Source of the DNA: Candidatus Poseidoniales archaeon
Lineage (GTDB): Archaea; Thermoplasmatota; Poseidoniia; Poseidoniales; Poseidoniaceae
Reading direction: 5' to 3'
DNA: 64,000 nt
NCBI GenBank assembly: GCA_019651595.1
Contig: BOYQ01000003.1
Location: forward strand, 222,423 to 286,422
Shown: one piece after another, positions 62,039 to 64,000 of the stretch
Layout of the letters: each line of letters begins with the position of its first letter
Numbering within the stretch: the first letter of the stretch is position 1
The notes under the pieces: generated by a model
The model's input: only the letters and a program-made list of their open reading frames with translations
Database searches by the model: none
Told to the model about the DNA's origin: nothing
Translations under genes and position numbers: made by a program

Positions 62039-62290
62039 GGTGCTCAAAGTCGGCGAGTAGGTTCGAATATTGAACGCTTCTGTTGAATATTCACCAATTT
62101 TCCTTTTTTTGACCCTCAAAGGAGGGGTTCAAAGGTTGAAAACAACAAGAAAATGGAAATGACGCAGCCCAGGGATCAGAAAAACGCTGTACTGCGGCCC
62201 ATCTTCCAGTCATACATGTCGCCTGCCATCGTACGGAATCCGGCCGTTGTCGCATAACTCACATTATGCGACGATACGTGGCACGCAAAA

Positions 62291-62623
62291 TCACCCATTC
62301 TCAGGAAAGCCCAAGTTTTGGAGCTCTTCGTTTGGAATTTCAAAGATCCCCACCAAGGGCGGACCCAACAAAAGACCCTCAATGCCGCCGTCTTCCGCAT
62401 CCATCACCGTTTGGATTTCGGTCGAGACACGTTTCCAGTCAGCCGCAGAAACGAATGCCGATTGAACGAGCATCATGCTCGATGATTCTGCACCCGTGCC
62501 CATCCATGCCCCGATGCAGCCAGGTTGTCGCCGCTTGTACTCTTGACGAGCCCGCAACATTCGCCGTAGCCGCGCATCCGATCCTTTTCTGCCCGAGCAC
62601 ACAATGGTCTCTACCCATGCCAT
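62291..62623 (-). CDS. Hypothetical ABM-like (dimeric alpha-beta barrel) protein
   Basis: RRQPGCIGAW..LVQSAFVSAADW resembles ABM fold. Confidence 0.6.
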   Translation of the reverse strand: MAWVETIVCSGRKGSDARLRRMLRARQEYKRRQPGCIGAWMGTGAESSSMMLVQSAFVSAADWKRVSTEIQTVMDAEDGGIEGLLLGPPLVGIFEIPNEELQNLGFPENG

Positions 62624-62692
62624 GATATTCACCTAATTATGATTTGAACAACATCTAATTGAAACCATAGTGGAATTACCTATAATCCAAAG

Positions 62693-63949
62693 TCAATGCG
62701 AAATGAATTGCCCGTTCAGAACCGTAGCGGAAAACGGGGAGCCCGATGGACGCAAACAAACGGCTTCCCAATGAGGTCCATCGACGATGTTGAAATTTGC
62801 AACGGCGCCTTCCTTGAGAACGCCGTGTGGCCGTCCCGACGGGTGGGGTGTGATTTTGGCTGCTGAAGCCGTGACCGCCTCCAAGGCCAACAGCGGATTC
62901 ATGCCGCATCGCTGAACCATCAGCGAACACATCAGCGGAAGGCTAAGTGTTTGGCAGTTTGGATTAAAATCGGTTGCGAGGGTAAACGGCACATCATGTT
63001 CCACGATGTCGGCCATATCGGGCCACTGATCGCCCATCGCATACGGCGTTCCCGGTAGGAATCCGGTGTTCACACCGTTTGATTTCATGTCCAAGCGCAC
63101 CTCCATGGGCGTGTGATACGCATGATCCGCCGTCTCAACACCGAGGGCCGAGGCGAGTTCAGCGCCGCCCCCATCCACAAATTCGTCAACGTGCATCCTT
63201 AATGCCAGGCCGGCCTTTCGTGAGGCTCGAAGAATGTCTTCGCTTTCTTCCACCGTGAACCACCCCGGTTCACAAAACACGTCAGCAGACCGAGCAATTC
63301 CTTGCTCGACGACGGCAGGCAGCTGTTCACTCAGCAAGGTTTCAACGTAAACCTCTCGAGGTGTTCCTGGAGGCGTGTCATGGGCTCCCATCCACGTTGA
63401 GTCGATGGTCGGTGTGTGCGAGATGCCGTTGAGGCGTGAGGCCACCTGGAGCAATCGCAATTCCGACTCGGTTGACAACCCGTAGCCACTCTTGGCTTCA
63501 AGGTGCGTTGTGCCCGTCCGGAGAGCTTCCCGTAATCGTTTGTAGCCAAGCGCGAACAACTCGTCATCACCCGCAAGGCGAGTGCTTTCAACCGTTGAAC
63601 GAATTCCACCGCCCATGGCCGCAATTTCAGCGTATGACTTCCCTGCCTGCCGCCAGGATACTTCCCTTGAGCGATCACCCGCCCAGAGCAGGTGGGTGTG
63701 GCCGTCGATCAGACCCGGGACGATCGATTGACCAGCCAAATCGTGTACGGCGAGGTCAGCGGTGGCGGCGTCAACGTCATCATGATGGAGGCTGTATTCA
63801 TCGACAACTTCATCTGAATCTTTGATAGATACAATAACGTCGTCTTCAATGATAATTGCTTTTCCAATGCCGTCTATTGAATTCTCATACGAAGTTCGCT
63901 CGTGGGCGAAATGCACGAGCGGACCGGCGTTGAGAAAGACGGCTCGCAC
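62693..63949 (-). CDS. hutI: Imidazolonepropionase
   Basis: PGLIDGHTHL, GGGIRSTV, EAKSGYGL, GAH, DVFCE, HVDE, ATDFNP. Confidence 0.95.
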   Translation of the reverse strand: MRAVFLNAGPLVHFAHERTSYENSIDGIGKAIIIEDDVIVSIKDSDEVVDEYSLHHDDVDAATADLAVHDLAGQSIVPGLIDGHTHLLWAGDRSREVSWRQAGKSYAEIAAMGGGIRSTVESTRLAGDDELFALGYKRLREALRTGTTHLEAKSGYGLSTESELRLLQVASRLNGISHTPTIDSTWMGAHDTPPGTPREVYVETLLSEQLPAVVEQGIARSADVFCEPGWFTVEESEDILRASRKAGLALRMHVDEFVDGGGAELASALGVETADHAYHTPMEVRLDMKSNGVNTGFLPGTPYAMGDQWPDMADIVEHDVPFTLATDFNPNCQTLSLPLMCSLMVQRCGMNPLLALEAVTASAAKITPHPSGRPHGVLKEGAVANFNIVDGPHWEAVCLRPSGSPFSATVLNGQFISH

Positions 63950-64000
63950 GATTCGGTTGAGGGGAAGAGGGTTGAAGAACAATCGGTTGCACGGTTGACC

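Noticed and set aside
62176-62298. Possible 40-aa ORF (MGDFACHVSS...) overlapping the ABM-like gene stop
   Set aside because: No recognisable motif; too short to support.

Overview
Archaeal core-genome window, GC-rich and densely coding. Gene content suggests Thermoplasmatota, most likely Marine Group II (Ca. Poseidoniales); this placement is an inference. It carries the proteasome/exosome superoperon (psmA, SBDS, rrp4/41/42, rpl37ae, pcc1, pfdB, DHH), rps12-rps7-aEF2, isoprenoid genes (IPK, an IDI1-GGPP synthase fusion, thiolase + DUF35), tkt/tal, futalosine menaquinone genes (mqnE/A/D, UbiD), priS, metG, PAN/aMBF1/tsr3, FdhD + FdhF/YdeP, a folate-dependent histidine degradation route (hutH/U/I + split FTCD) and tRNA-Val(GAC). 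No CRISPR array, transposase or integrase was seen. Many essential genes carry single indels, and three stretches (~300-1300, ~10650-11750, ~46400-47900) are badly garbled, which points to long-read consensus error. Top leads: (1) a stand-alone half-size deoxyhypusine hydroxylase (DOHH)-like gene at 36026-36514 that matches the linker plus one dyad of eukaryotic DOHH, a candidate for the missing archaeal hypusine hydroxylase acting as a homodimer; (2) a MamK/Salactin-like actin at 23682-24707 beside an uncharacterised Zn-ribbon protein; (3) a membrane protein with double Zn ribbons and four canonical EF-hands, plus a PMR1/SPCA-like P-type ATPase, suggesting Ca2+ signalling. All family calls come from motif recall; no searches were run.
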